IMG/VR virus record: IMGVR_UViG_3300032332_002377
Length of the DNA stretch: 64,000 bases
Origin: a virus
Lineage: Duplodnaviria > Caudoviricetes
Strand: one strand, 5' to 3'
The notes under the pieces were generated by a model that ran no database searches, was not told the origin of the DNA, and was given only the letters and a program-made list of their open reading frames with translations. Positions 49,216 through 59,495 of this stretch are shown one piece after another. The position numbers were made by a program, and so were the translations under genes. How positions within the stretch are numbered: the first letter of the stretch is position 1; the number at the start of each line of letters is the position of its first letter.

Positions 49216-49247
49216 CGATAATATTTATACTATATTATAAAAATAAC

Positions 49248-50111
49248 ATGTATAAAATAGGTATAGGCATAGTTACTTGTGATAGAATAGATTATTTAAA
49301 TAACTGTTTAAAGAGTTTACCGGTAATTAATGGGCCTATTGTAATAATAAATGACGGTAAGCAAGACATTACTGATAGAGTGAGAGGGCTTAAGAATTCA
49401 GACAATATAACACTTATTCAGCATGAAACCAATAAGGGTGTAGGCATAAGCAAGAACGATGCATTAAACTTTTTATTAAGCAAAGATGTTGAACACATAT
49501 TTTTACTAGAAGACGATATTCTTATTCTCAAGGAAAATGTTTTTGACGAGTATATTAAAGCCGCACAAACTTCAGGAATTCTTCACTTTAACTATGGCCC
49601 AGGTAGTCCTTTTAACAGAAAACAAGATTCTAGCATACTATGGGATTTACACAATAGACATTTGTGTGATCAACATTCTGAACCTAACCCTAAGCGTATT
49701 ATTGATTATGGTAATAATGTTAAAATTTCATTATTCGAACATACTGTAGCAATGTTTTCGTATTTTCATAGCAGCGTATTGAAAGAGGTGGGATTACACG
49801 ACGAGCAATTTTTTAATGCTTGGGAGCACGTTGACCTAACATACAGAATAATAAAAGCAGGCTACCATCCTCCTTTTTGGTGGTTTGCTGATATTTATAA
49901 CTCACAAGAGTATTTAACAGAGGCCCCGGGAGCTATAGACAATAGCAGCATTGCTGGAAAAAAAGAGCAATGGGAGAAAAATGTTTATGGAGGGAGAGAA
50001 AAATACAAATTAAAACATGGTCATTATCCAAATGTACTTCCTTATCTTCATACTGCAGAAGAAGTTGTTAGTATTCTAAAAAATATAAAACAAAAAAATA
50101 AAAACATATGA
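49248..50111 (+). CDS. Glycosyltransferase family 2
   Basis: IVTCDR, NDG, NKGVGISKN, LEDD, VGLHDE, EHVD. Confidence 0.85.
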   Translation: MYKIGIGIVTCDRIDYLNNCLKSLPVINGPIVIINDGKQDITDRVRGLKNSDNITLIQHETNKGVGISKNDALNFLLSKDVEHIFLLEDDILILKENVFDEYIKAAQTSGILHFNYGPGSPFNRKQDSSILWDLHNRHLCDQHSEPNPKRIIDYGNNVKISLFEHTVAMFSYFHSSVLKEVGLHDEQFFNAWEHVDLTYRIIKAGYHPPFWWFADIYNSQEYLTEAPGAIDNSSIAGKKEQWEKNVYGGREKYKLKHGHYPNVLPYLHTAEEVVSILKNIKQKNKNI

Positions 50112-50896
50112 AAAGCATAATAGACAAATCAATTATCTTTTATCTTGTTAATAACAATCCTATTCATCTCAATAGACTGCAAAACAGTCTAAAGCTCTTA
50201 AGAACAAATTTTTTAGAAAAGAATCCTTATCCTGTTGTTTTTGGCTACGAAGACCTTACAAGTGATACAATTAATACTATAAGGAACAGTCTCAACACAC
50301 AGACATTCTTCCTCAAGGTAAACTTTACTCTGCCACATCTAACAAGCGACATAATAAGTAAAATACCTGAACGGTTCAAGGGGCATTGGGATGAAAATGC
50401 TTTTTTCTCTCTCGGTTACCGGCATATGTGTAGATTTTATGCAGGCGAAATATTTAATTACGATTTTTTTAGCAATGTTAAATATTTTATGAGAATGGAT
50501 TGTGATTCATATTTTATTGACAGTCTAACTATTGATCCATTTAGAGTAATGCAAGAAAACAATTATATATACGGTACAACAGGTGAAGAAGAAGACATGG
50601 ATTACGTAATCGAAGGGTTACCCCAAGCTTGCAAACATTTTTTTGGAGTAAAGTACAAAACTAAAACAAAGTATAATGGAATGTATAAAACACATTTTGA
50701 AGTGCTTGATTTTCAATGGTTTAAGTCTGGCCCTTATAAAGACTTCTACAACTCTATTGATATTACAGGTAATATCTTTATAAAGCGGTGGGGTGATGCA
50801 CCTATAAGATATCAAGGAATAAGAAACCTTTTACTTGATAATCAAATACATAGCTTTAATATACCTTATAAGCACGGAGGTGATATAAACATATGA
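50108..50896 (+). CDS. GT15 (Kre2/Mnt1-like alpha-1,2-mannosyltransferase)
   Basis: GYRHMCRFY, YFMRMDCD, THFEV, RWGDAPIR. Confidence 0.85.
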   Translation: MKSIIDKSIIFYLVNNNPIHLNRLQNSLKLLRTNFLEKNPYPVVFGYEDLTSDTINTIRNSLNTQTFFLKVNFTLPHLTSDIISKIPERFKGHWDENAFFSLGYRHMCRFYAGEIFNYDFFSNVKYFMRMDCDSYFIDSLTIDPFRVMQENNYIYGTTGEEEDMDYVIEGLPQACKHFFGVKYKTKTKYNGMYKTHFEVLDFQWFKSGPYKDFYNSIDITGNIFIKRWGDAPIRYQGIRNLLLDNQIHSFNIPYKHGGDINI

Positions 50897-51645
50897 AAAT
50901 AGGCATACATGTACCATCACGCGAAAGAATGAATAGACGTCTTACACTTTTAACGTCTATCATTACTTCAGTTAACAATATTAATAATGTTAATGTTTAT
51001 TTTGGTGTTGATGAAGACGATCCTACTAGAAAACTTATTTATAAAGTTGCTGATGCTATGCCTTGTGTAAAAATAGTTGATATAAAAAACAACGGTAAGT
51101 TTATAGGTCTTGGTAAAATGTGGAATCAGTGCGTCAATGAATCAGACGATGATATTATTTCCATGATAGGAGATGACATGGTTTTTCATACACAAGGATG
51201 GGATGATATAATAATAGATGAATTTTCCGGTAAAAATCTTCCTGAAGATAAAATTAAAGCAATACACTGTAATGATGATTGCCATGGTGCTAAACTAGCA
51301 GTTAATTTATTTTGTCACCGTAAATTTAATGATGTTATGGGACAGTTTATGAGAGAAGAATTTATGATTAATTGGGTCGACCAGTGGTTGCATCAAGTAT
51401 TCAATTGTTTTGGGCGCTTGAAATATAGAGGTGATATTATGATTGAGCATCGTCACTGGGTACTCGGTAAAGCTAAACCTGATACGGTTGCTGAGAGAAT
51501 GGCAACAGCTGATAAGGATAAAATTAGCGATAAATTATGGCATGATCTGGCTCAAGAAAGAATTGACGATGTAAAGAAATTAAGTAGCTATCTGAAAGTT
51601 CAGCCAGATTGGTCTAAAGTAGATACAGGCAATCTATCGATATGA
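50893..51645 (+). CDS. GT-A fold glycosyltransferase
   Basis: VPSRER, VDEDD, MIGDD, EHRH. Confidence 0.75.
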   Translation: MKIGIHVPSRERMNRRLTLLTSIITSVNNINNVNVYFGVDEDDPTRKLIYKVADAMPCVKIVDIKNNGKFIGLGKMWNQCVNESDDDIISMIGDDMVFHTQGWDDIIIDEFSGKNLPEDKIKAIHCNDDCHGAKLAVNLFCHRKFNDVMGQFMREEFMINWVDQWLHQVFNCFGRLKYRGDIMIEHRHWVLGKAKPDTVAERMATADKDKISDKLWHDLAQERIDDVKKLSSYLKVQPDWSKVDTGNLSI

Positions 51646-52274
51646 TATACCATCATCACAACAATTACGTTAAACCAGTCTTTACAAAACACATAGATGT
51701 AAATTCTATTAATTTAATATTTGAAGTAGGTGCTAGAGAGTGTCGCTATACAAATGAATTTTTACATTTTTTTAATAAATGTTCATCTATTCATTCTTTT
51801 GAATGCAATCCTCATACAGTTGACGAGTGTGTAAAAAATTCTAGTGATCCAAGGATCACATTTAATAATGTAGCTATTTCCGACAAAGAAGGTTTTATCA
51901 CTTTTAATCCAACCTGTACAGAAGGTGATTTTGGATTTTCTTCTGAATTTGTACCTGAAGGCCATGAAAAAAATATTAAAGAAACAATTAAAGTACCATG
52001 TATAACTCTTGACAGCTATACAAAAGCTAATCAAATCAAAAAAATAGATTTGTTGATGATGGATATTGAGGGCGGCGAATTAAAGGCATTTAAAGGCGCA
52101 ACAGAAACATTAAAAATTACTGACAACGTTCTTGTAGAAGTATCATTAAAACAAAGATTTGGAAACGGTCCTCTATTTGATGATATAACAAATATTCTCA
52201 AAGCAAATAATTTCAAAAGAGTTGTTTACGCTGGCGATGAAAATGTAGGCGACTGTCTTTATAAAAAGAAATGA
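51642..52274 (+). CDS. FkbM-family SAM methyltransferase
   Basis: FEVGA, FECNP, TLD, MDIEGGE. Confidence 0.88.
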   Translation: MIYHHHNNYVKPVFTKHIDVNSINLIFEVGARECRYTNEFLHFFNKCSSIHSFECNPHTVDECVKNSSDPRITFNNVAISDKEGFITFNPTCTEGDFGFSSEFVPEGHEKNIKETIKVPCITLDSYTKANQIKKIDLLMMDIEGGELKAFKGATETLKITDNVLVEVSLKQRFGNGPLFDDITNILKANNFKRVVYAGDENVGDCLYKKK

Positions 52275-52972
52275 AATCAGTAGGTATACTTCAGCCCGGA
52301 AAACTAGGGGATATAATTATCTGTCTACCTATAGCAAAATATTATCATGATTATGGATATAAAGTAATATGGCCAATATTCTCTACGTATGTTGAGATGT
52401 TCAAAGAAGTAATTGACTATGTTGATTTTATACCTGTTACTGATGATGTATATCAATGTTTTTTTGAAGCAAAACAAAAACTTCAAGCTCTAAATGTCAA
52501 AAATATATTTGATATTGCAGCTACCTTTCCCGGAAGTAACTGTACAGATGAATATGTTAGGCTTGGTGATGGTCATGGAGAAGAAAAATTTGATCAATTT
52601 AAATATAGAAAATGTAATGTGCCATTTTGCTTGAAGTGGAGCTTATCCTACAAAAGTAACCTACAAAAAGAAGACGAATTGTTTAATCTTAAGACTGGCA
52701 GTGAACCATACGATATTTTTTCTACAAAGCACTCCCGCGGCAATCTTAATATAAAATTTGAAAGCAAAAACAAACTTATAGAAATAGATGATAAACATAA
52801 TATTTTTTATTGGAGAAAAATTCTTGAAAATGCAAAAAATATTGCGCTGGTCGATAGTGCCATGGCAAATTTAGTAGAACAACTCAACATTAAATCCACA
52901 AAAACACTTCTTCTTAAACCTGGGCATCCACGTCCTGTATTTAAAAATAATTGGAGAATAATAGAAGTATGA
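52271..52972 (+). CDS. GT9-like glycosyltransferase
   Basis: GKLGDII.LP and LVDSAMANL. Confidence 0.6.
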   Translation: MKSVGILQPGKLGDIIICLPIAKYYHDYGYKVIWPIFSTYVEMFKEVIDYVDFIPVTDDVYQCFFEAKQKLQALNVKNIFDIAATFPGSNCTDEYVRLGDGHGEEKFDQFKYRKCNVPFCLKWSLSYKSNLQKEDELFNLKTGSEPYDIFSTKHSRGNLNIKFESKNKLIEIDDKHNIFYWRKILENAKNIALVDSAMANLVEQLNIKSTKTLLLKPGHPRPVFKNNWRIIEV

Positions 52973-53754
52973 AACGCATAGCTTTCACGCCGGTATTAAA
53001 TGGTATGCCTTTTTTAGAAAGGCAGTTTGATTTTATTCCCAAGATGTTTGACCACTGGTATATAATTGAAGGAGCTCTTAATAATAAGAATGATGGTTGT
53101 CACAACGGCAATATATTGCTTGAGCAATTCATAAGCAAAGACTACCTATCCGTCGACGGTACTACACAATTTCTAGATAAGCATAAAAATAATAAAAATA
53201 TAACTATTATACGTAAAAACAGCTCTTGGGATGGATATGTAGAAATGGCTAACAGCTTTATGCACGAGATAAAAAATAGTATTTTATTCTATATTGATGT
53301 GGATGAGTTTTGGGATAAGCAAGTTGTAGATGATATATGTATATTTTTAGAAAAAAACGACATCAATACATTGAAATTTATGTGTTATTATTTTCTTGGA
53401 AAAGATAGGTATGTTTTTGAACCTAATAAATTTGGTAACAATTGGTTTGAGTGGATGAGAGCATGGAAAGTGGATAGAAATCGTACTTTCAGAACACTGC
53501 AGCCACCTGAATTATATAATGAGCAGGAAATACGTATTTTAGATAAACTCGATACATTTAAACGCGGATGGGCCTTTACACACTATGCATATACACTGGA
53601 ACAGCAGATTATCTTTAAAGAAATCTTTCACAACCATAAAGACCTACTATTAAATTGGAAAAGACTACAAACAATATCCAAAGGAACAGATTGTTTATTA
53701 TCTGACTATATACCATTTAGAAACTCAGACACCAAGCTTTGCTTCTTAAAATAA
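52969..53754 (+). CDS. GT-A fold glycosyltransferase
   Basis: IIEG, SVDGT, IDVDEFW, THYAY. Confidence 0.75.
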   Translation: MKRIAFTPVLNGMPFLERQFDFIPKMFDHWYIIEGALNNKNDGCHNGNILLEQFISKDYLSVDGTTQFLDKHKNNKNITIIRKNSSWDGYVEMANSFMHEIKNSILFYIDVDEFWDKQVVDDICIFLEKNDINTLKFMCYYFLGKDRYVFEPNKFGNNWFEWMRAWKVDRNRTFRTLQPPELYNEQEIRILDKLDTFKRGWAFTHYAYTLEQQIIFKEIFHNHKDLLLNWKRLQTISKGTDCLLSDYIPFRNSDTKLCFLK

Positions 53755-53791
53755 AAATTGTTTTATTTGCTTCTTACTATAAAATAAACTA

Positions 53792-54622
53792 ATGATAGTT
53801 GACGGCAATAATTTTATAAGACATTATCTAAAAAATAATACTTCTTTTTGTTGCGGCAAAATAGGTGTAACGGAGTTGAATATTTTATACTGTTACTTTC
53901 ATTTAAAAAATGGTGGAAATCTTTTACCACACTTGAAACATGAGGTAGAGAATATTGCTGGCATGTACCCTTATAATTCTGAAACAGTAAACAAGTTTGC
54001 GGAAGACATTTTGAACAGATTAAAATACATCGATTTAATACCTAAGTGGAGTAAGATTTTACCTGATTTTGAAAATTTTATTTTTAATACATACTGTCCA
54101 AAAGCACATATCACAGACTTAATGCATTTTGAACCCTATTTTTATGATAAACCGTGGTCAGAGTTTTTAAAAGACAAAAAAGTTTTAGTTTTTAGCCCCT
54201 TCAAAGAGTCTATTGATAACAATTTTAAAAATCTAAGCAAAATTTGGAATAATAAGTTAACTAATAATTTTGATTTAAATGTAGTTAAATACCCATTTGC
54301 AATTACACTTGATAATAATACCTCTTACAAAACTTCACAAGAAGTGTATAAAAAATATTTAGATATTCTTAGTAAAGAGAACTTCGATGTAGGTATATTT
54401 GGAACAGGGTATACATCTTTATTGTTTGCTACGGAATGTAAGAAAATGAATAAGATAGGAATGCATTTAGGTGGTGCAACACAGATGTTGTTTGGCGTTA
54501 AAGGTCAACGCTGGAAAGATAATGATAAGTACCAGCCATTTTTTAATGATTTCTGGTCTACACCTCTTAACTCTGAAATTCCTGAAAAACACAAGCTTGT
54601 GGAAGGTGGATGTTACTGGTGA
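53792..54622 (+). CDS. Putative glycosyltransferase (GT-D-like)
   Basis: GKIGVTE, LEPY-like FEPY, KVLVFSPF, HLGGATQMLFGVKGQRW, VEGGCYW. Confidence 0.6.
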   Translation: MIVDGNNFIRHYLKNNTSFCCGKIGVTELNILYCYFHLKNGGNLLPHLKHEVENIAGMYPYNSETVNKFAEDILNRLKYIDLIPKWSKILPDFENFIFNTYCPKAHITDLMHFEPYFYDKPWSEFLKDKKVLVFSPFKESIDNNFKNLSKIWNNKLTNNFDLNVVKYPFAITLDNNTSYKTSQEVYKKYLDILSKENFDVGIFGTGYTSLLFATECKKMNKIGMHLGGATQMLFGVKGQRWKDNDKYQPFFNDFWSTPLNSEIPEKHKLVEGGCYW

Positions 54623-55377
54623 GTATTTTTGTCAAATATGACCCGTGGGGAAGAATGGGCAATAGAATGCTGCAATATGCCTTTGGTGCAATTTTATCTG
54701 AAATAAAGAATACAGATTTTTTTCATGATGGGTTACCTAATTTTAATATATCACCTTCAATAAAACAAATTTCTAATCATTACATCAACACAAAATCATT
54801 TGGTAATAATAAAGTAGATATGAAGATATTAAAAAACACTACCCATGATATTTTAGTTGATAGCTATGTACAGAAAGCAGAATACTATCTGCCCTACCAA
54901 CAAAAATTAAAAACAATTTTTAATATTAAAGAATATTCCACCAATCCTGATAAACTTGTATTACATATACGAGAGACCGACTACACTCAAATAAATAATT
55001 TCTTAGGATACGATTTTTATAAAAATTTAATTAAATTTTCAAACTTTACAAATATTTTAATAGTAACTGATAATAGCAATTGTGAGACAGTACAGCGTCT
55101 GTTGAGCGAGGGATGTGTACTCAATACCCCTGGGTATGTCGATAAATTTACACATTCTAGCGATGAAAGAGGTATGCACGATTTTTTTACTCTTGTTTAC
55201 AGTGAAAATATAGCTTTATCTCAATCTACTTTTTCCTGGTGGGGAGCTTTACTCGGTACTCATAATAGGATTATTTTCCCGTACAGTACAAAGCATAACA
55301 ACTGGCCTTTAAATCCTGGAGAAGATGATATAGATTTATTTCTCGATAAGCCTGAAAGTATAAAATTTATTAATTAA
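54619..55377 (+). CDS. GT11 (alpha-1,2-fucosyltransferase-like)
   Basis: GRMGNRMLQYA, LHIRETDY, STFSWWGA. Confidence 0.85.
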   Translation: MSIFVKYDPWGRMGNRMLQYAFGAILSEIKNTDFFHDGLPNFNISPSIKQISNHYINTKSFGNNKVDMKILKNTTHDILVDSYVQKAEYYLPYQQKLKTIFNIKEYSTNPDKLVLHIRETDYTQINNFLGYDFYKNLIKFSNFTNILIVTDNSNCETVQRLLSEGCVLNTPGYVDKFTHSSDERGMHDFFTLVYSENIALSQSTFSWWGALLGTHNRIIFPYSTKHNNWPLNPGEDDIDLFLDKPESIKFIN

Positions 55378-56193
55378 ATGCCAAACGATGTTACAATTTA
55401 TAATGTATCGGAAGACTTAGAGTGTACTTTGATTGAGACCAACGCCTATATAGAGCGCAGAGAACAAATCCAAACACTTTTCATGTCTCTATTTAATTTA
55501 AATAAAAAAAAATTTAAAAGTAAAAAAATTATTATATCTAGCGGTGATTATCCTGAAAATGACGATGTATATAAAAATTTTGACTATAAGTTCAGTACAA
55601 CAATTCCATCTGACGACAATTATTTTTATAATGAATTTCCATGTCCACACAGCATTAGCTGGCCTGTATTAGATATTTACAATGTTGAAGAAATGCTAAA
55701 AAATATGATAAAGGATAAAAACAAATTTACCTATAATAGGATTTTCTGGGCTGGTGGTCCACAACATTCTCAGCGTTTTGAATATAAAAATTTTTCATCT
55801 ATTAATAATGATATCTGTGAAACTCATCTTACTGATAATTCTACAGATCAAATAAAAAAGTATTTTATAAAAATTCCCGATCATGCAAAATACAAATACC
55901 TAATAGACATTCAAGGGCAAGGATATTCTGCTAGAATAAAATATTTATTAGCTACCGGGCGACCTGTTTTTTTACCGCCTAGAAAATGGGTTGAATATTG
56001 GCATAAAAAATTAATACCCTGGGTACATTACATACCTATAAAAGACGACTTTTCAGATTTGAGAGACAGTTATAATATACTAGAAAAAGATAATTCTTTA
56101 TATGATCATATAGGTCAAAAGGCTAAAGAATTTGTATACAATAATATTCTTCTTGAGAAGCAGCTGCCACACATTTTAAGCCGTTTAAAATAA
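55378..56193 (+). CDS. GT90 / CAP10-domain glycosyltransferase
   Basis: FWAGG, KYKYLIDIQGQGYSARIKYLL, LIPWVHYIP, FSDL. Confidence 0.85.
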   Translation: MPNDVTIYNVSEDLECTLIETNAYIERREQIQTLFMSLFNLNKKKFKSKKIIISSGDYPENDDVYKNFDYKFSTTIPSDDNYFYNEFPCPHSISWPVLDIYNVEEMLKNMIKDKNKFTYNRIFWAGGPQHSQRFEYKNFSSINNDICETHLTDNSTDQIKKYFIKIPDHAKYKYLIDIQGQGYSARIKYLLATGRPVFLPPRKWVEYWHKKLIPWVHYIPIKDDFSDLRDSYNILEKDNSLYDHIGQKAKEFVYNNILLEKQLPHILSRLK

Positions 56194-56230
56194 ACATTGC
56201 AGACTTAAAACTATATTATAAAATAGACAA

Positions 56231-57103
56231 ATGAATGTTATACTGTTTAATCTGTTTGATTTGCCTGACTATATACGCACCTGTATCAAACAAATACTTT
56301 TTACAAATCCTGAATGTACAATCTACCTAATTACAGATAAAAACATTGTAAATGAAAAGGTAAAATGCCTTAATATTAATACTTTCAGTACAACGAACGA
56401 TCTTTTTAATAATTTTAAATTCTTTAGAAATAATACCGTTAAACATCATTTTGAACTTTTCACATCTTCTGCTTTTAGATTTTTATTTATAGAAGAGCTT
56501 TGCCGTAATTATAAATTAGAAAATATATTCACATTTGATAATGATGTCTTAATATACGGTAAGCTTGAAGACTTTTTAGCTAAAATAGACCCAGAGTATG
56601 AAGTAGCTATTACACAAAGCGTTAAACACGAATATATATGCGGGTTTAATTATTATAAAAATTATAATAGCCTAGTACCGATAGCTGGTGATTTTAAAGC
56701 ATTATTAAACTTTAACGAAAACACTCTTAAAGAAATGTTTGGTAAAAAATTTAAAGCATCATTTGTTTCAGAAATGTCACTTTTATATTATATTTTAGAA
56801 CAGAGAAAAATTAATACACTTATCTTGCCATCATTCCCTGAGAAAAATAACTTCAATTGTATTTTTGATCCAATCACATACGGTCAAACTTTAGGTGGTC
56901 GTAGCCCTGCATTGATTTCTAATGAAGAATCTTTTATAGATACAAATCACTTGCTAGGTGAAAACTTGATTAATCAAGATATTCAAGTCAAATTTGAAAA
57001 TAAAGCTCCATATGTTTTAAATAAAAAAACCAATGAATGTATGCCACTTTTTAACTTGCATGTTCACAGTAAAAAGCTAGACAAATTCAAAAGCTATGAA
57101 TAA
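56231..57103 (+). CDS. Putative GT-A glycosyltransferase
   Basis: RFLFI, FDNDVL, SEM, FDP..YGQ.LGG, NLHVHSK. Confidence 0.6.
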   Translation: MNVILFNLFDLPDYIRTCIKQILFTNPECTIYLITDKNIVNEKVKCLNINTFSTTNDLFNNFKFFRNNTVKHHFELFTSSAFRFLFIEELCRNYKLENIFTFDNDVLIYGKLEDFLAKIDPEYEVAITQSVKHEYICGFNYYKNYNSLVPIAGDFKALLNFNENTLKEMFGKKFKASFVSEMSLLYYILEQRKINTLILPSFPEKNNFNCIFDPITYGQTLGGRSPALISNEESFIDTNHLLGENLINQDIQVKFENKAPYVLNKKTNECMPLFNLHVHSKKLDKFKSYE

Positions 57104-57785
57104 TGATAAATGTGTTGTTAGTTTTGCAAAAGGGCACAATTTTTTAAAAGGCTTAACACGCCTTAACGAGAAATGTAATCAATTAGAAATACCGTTTTTT
57201 GGCTTTACAGAATATCCTGAAGGGTGCCCAGAGCATAAAGACTCTCCATTCGCATTCAAGTTTTTCTGTATTAATGAAATAAAAAACAGAGGATTTAAAA
57301 ATATAATCTGGCTAGATAGTTCAGTTGTTATAAAGTACAATCTTGATGATATATACAGTCACATGGAGAGAGACGGGTATTTTTTTATTAAAAACTGGCA
57401 TAGTGTTGGTGACTACTGTCACGATAAAGCACTTAATACACTAAAAATTACAAGAGAACATTCCTTTAAAATTGCATGTATGCAGGGAACAAATTTTGGA
57501 TTAAATTTTAATTTTAATTTCTGTCATAATTTCCTTTCAGAAATAATGAGATTGAGTCTTGATAATATAACATTTCCTGGGCCATATACAAACACCAATA
57601 ATATGGCTTCTAGAGACAGTCGTGTGCTTGGTCACCGTCACGACCAAATAGCAATGTCTATTGTCGCTTTGCGCAACAATATGAACAAATGGTTTACATG
57701 TGAAGAGCATCCATGGTTTATTCATGATAGAGATTTTGTAAAAAATACTAACAGTACTGTTACCGACGTCGTGATGTGTGAGTGA
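57096..57785 (+). CDS. Putative GT-A glycosyltransferase
   Basis: PFAFK, WLDSS, HRHDQ. Confidence 0.6.
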   Translation: MNNDKCVVSFAKGHNFLKGLTRLNEKCNQLEIPFFGFTEYPEGCPEHKDSPFAFKFFCINEIKNRGFKNIIWLDSSVVIKYNLDDIYSHMERDGYFFIKNWHSVGDYCHDKALNTLKITREHSFKIACMQGTNFGLNFNFNFCHNFLSEIMRLSLDNITFPGPYTNTNNMASRDSRVLGHRHDQIAMSIVALRNNMNKWFTCEEHPWFIHDRDFVKNTNSTVTDVVMCE

Positions 57786-57788
57786 ATA

Positions 57789-58652
57789 ATGAAAATTAAT
57801 TCTAACTACTACTGGAAAGAAGAAGAATTCTTAACAGGCGATAATATAGAACAACTAGGTGATTTTATTTTTGATGTAGAAAATTTTTTAATTGGTGATC
57901 ACGGAAGGACAAAGTTAGATATTCCAGAAAATATATTAATTGAGAATCAAATAAAAAGTATAAACGAAAAAGAACCTAAAACAATTTATTGCTACGGTCA
58001 TGACACGAAGCGGTTTTTACTGCACTTAGATAAAATAAAGCAACCCTTTAAGCTCATAACACACAATTCAGATGTAGGTATTCTAGAAGAATTTTTACCA
58101 TTTTTAAATGATAGAAAAATAATAAAATGGTTTGGACAAAACAACGCATTAAATCACCCCAAAACTGTTTCAATTCCTATTGCAATTGCTAGAAAAGAAT
58201 ATCCACATGGCAATCTTGCAGTTATAAGCGAGTGTACCAAAAACAATACTAAGGAATTCTTAGTTTATAAAAACTTTATTGCCGCTACAAATATTACTGA
58301 ACGTACTATGGTTGACAGAATTACTGCTGAAAACGGTATTCCTGCATCATCATTTACAACATTTCCAGCTTACCTCAACACACTTTCCAAATCTATCTTT
58401 ACCATCTCACCACCTGGCAATGGCATTGATTGTCATAGAATATGGGAAAGCCTTTATTTAAAAACAATCCCCATTGTAAAGTATCATCATCAATTGGAAG
58501 CATTTAAAGATTTTCCTATTTTGTTTATAGATGACTGGAATAAAATTACAATTGACTTCTTAAAGTCTAATGTAAATAAAATAAATGTATTTGAAAATAA
58601 ATTATCAAAATTATCCTTTAACTATTGGAAAGATTTAATACAAGAATTATGA
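57789..58652 (+). CDS. Exostosin/GT47-like protein
   Basis: THNSD, WFGQN, SPPGNGIDCHRIWESLYLKTIPIV. Confidence 0.75.
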   Translation: MKINSNYYWKEEEFLTGDNIEQLGDFIFDVENFLIGDHGRTKLDIPENILIENQIKSINEKEPKTIYCYGHDTKRFLLHLDKIKQPFKLITHNSDVGILEEFLPFLNDRKIIKWFGQNNALNHPKTVSIPIAIARKEYPHGNLAVISECTKNNTKEFLVYKNFIAATNITERTMVDRITAENGIPASSFTTFPAYLNTLSKSIFTISPPGNGIDCHRIWESLYLKTIPIVKYHHQLEAFKDFPILFIDDWNKITIDFLKSNVNKINVFENKLSKLSFNYWKDLIQEL

Positions 58653-59494
58653 AGAAATATTTAGTGACATTTCTAAATTATAATAACGATTATAATACTG
58701 ATGAAGACAGAGAAAGGTTGGTGCTTTTTAAAAAATACAATTCTGAACGAAATAAAAAATATTGCTTAAAACACGGATTTGAATATATTGAAGCAGATGA
58801 AACTGTATATAAGATTCCACATCTGTTTAAAATTGAAGGCATGCCTGAGTTTAATATGAAGCAAAATAATCATTTTGCGAGGTGGAAATTTTTTAGAGAT
58901 AATATTGATAACGGTAATTTCAAAGAAGGCGATATTATTAACCACCATGACGCCGATGTTTTTATAGTTGATACAGAGAAAACTATGATTACAAATAAAA
59001 GCTTTACATATGCAATTGATTCCGGTAACACACATTGTTTTGGTGTTTTTTCTCTCAAAGTTAATGATTTTGGCAATAAACTTATAGATTTAATGTTGAG
59101 TAAGGAACGATTTGATAAATTAACAAAATTAAAATTTTATAAAGAGAATGAAGGCGGTGAAGTATTTTTTTATTGGGGTGATCAACAGGCATACTACATT
59201 GCGTGTGGATTAAAATGCCATAGTTGGGTACCGTTCTTTTATTTGCCTAATAATGGCTTCTTTTCATACCCCTCAGAGCATGTTGCCTTTACTCTTGATG
59301 AATTGGAAAAAAATGTTGAAATAATGCCTGTTGAATACAATACAACACATTTATTAGAGGAATCTGGCAGAAATGGTAGAAGAGATGATTATGATATTGT
59401 ACATACTACAAAAGACAGAGTAATATTTAGACATTTTGCAGGTGGTCAATTATGGAGGTTTGAGCAATACTCAAGAGAATTTCCTTTTAAATAA
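58649..59494 (+). CDS. GT-A glycosyltransferase (GT34/GT8-like)
   Basis: KYCLKHGFEY, HDADV, DQQA, YNTT, RHFAGG. Confidence 0.7.
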   Translation: MKKYLVTFLNYNNDYNTDEDRERLVLFKKYNSERNKKYCLKHGFEYIEADETVYKIPHLFKIEGMPEFNMKQNNHFARWKFFRDNIDNGNFKEGDIINHHDADVFIVDTEKTMITNKSFTYAIDSGNTHCFGVFSLKVNDFGNKLIDLMLSKERFDKLTKLKFYKENEGGEVFFYWGDQQAYYIACGLKCHSWVPFFYLPNNGFFSYPSEHVAFTLDELEKNVEIMPVEYNTTHLLEESGRNGRRDDYDIVHTTKDRVIFRHFAGGQLWRFEQYSREFPFK

Positions 59495-59495
59495 A

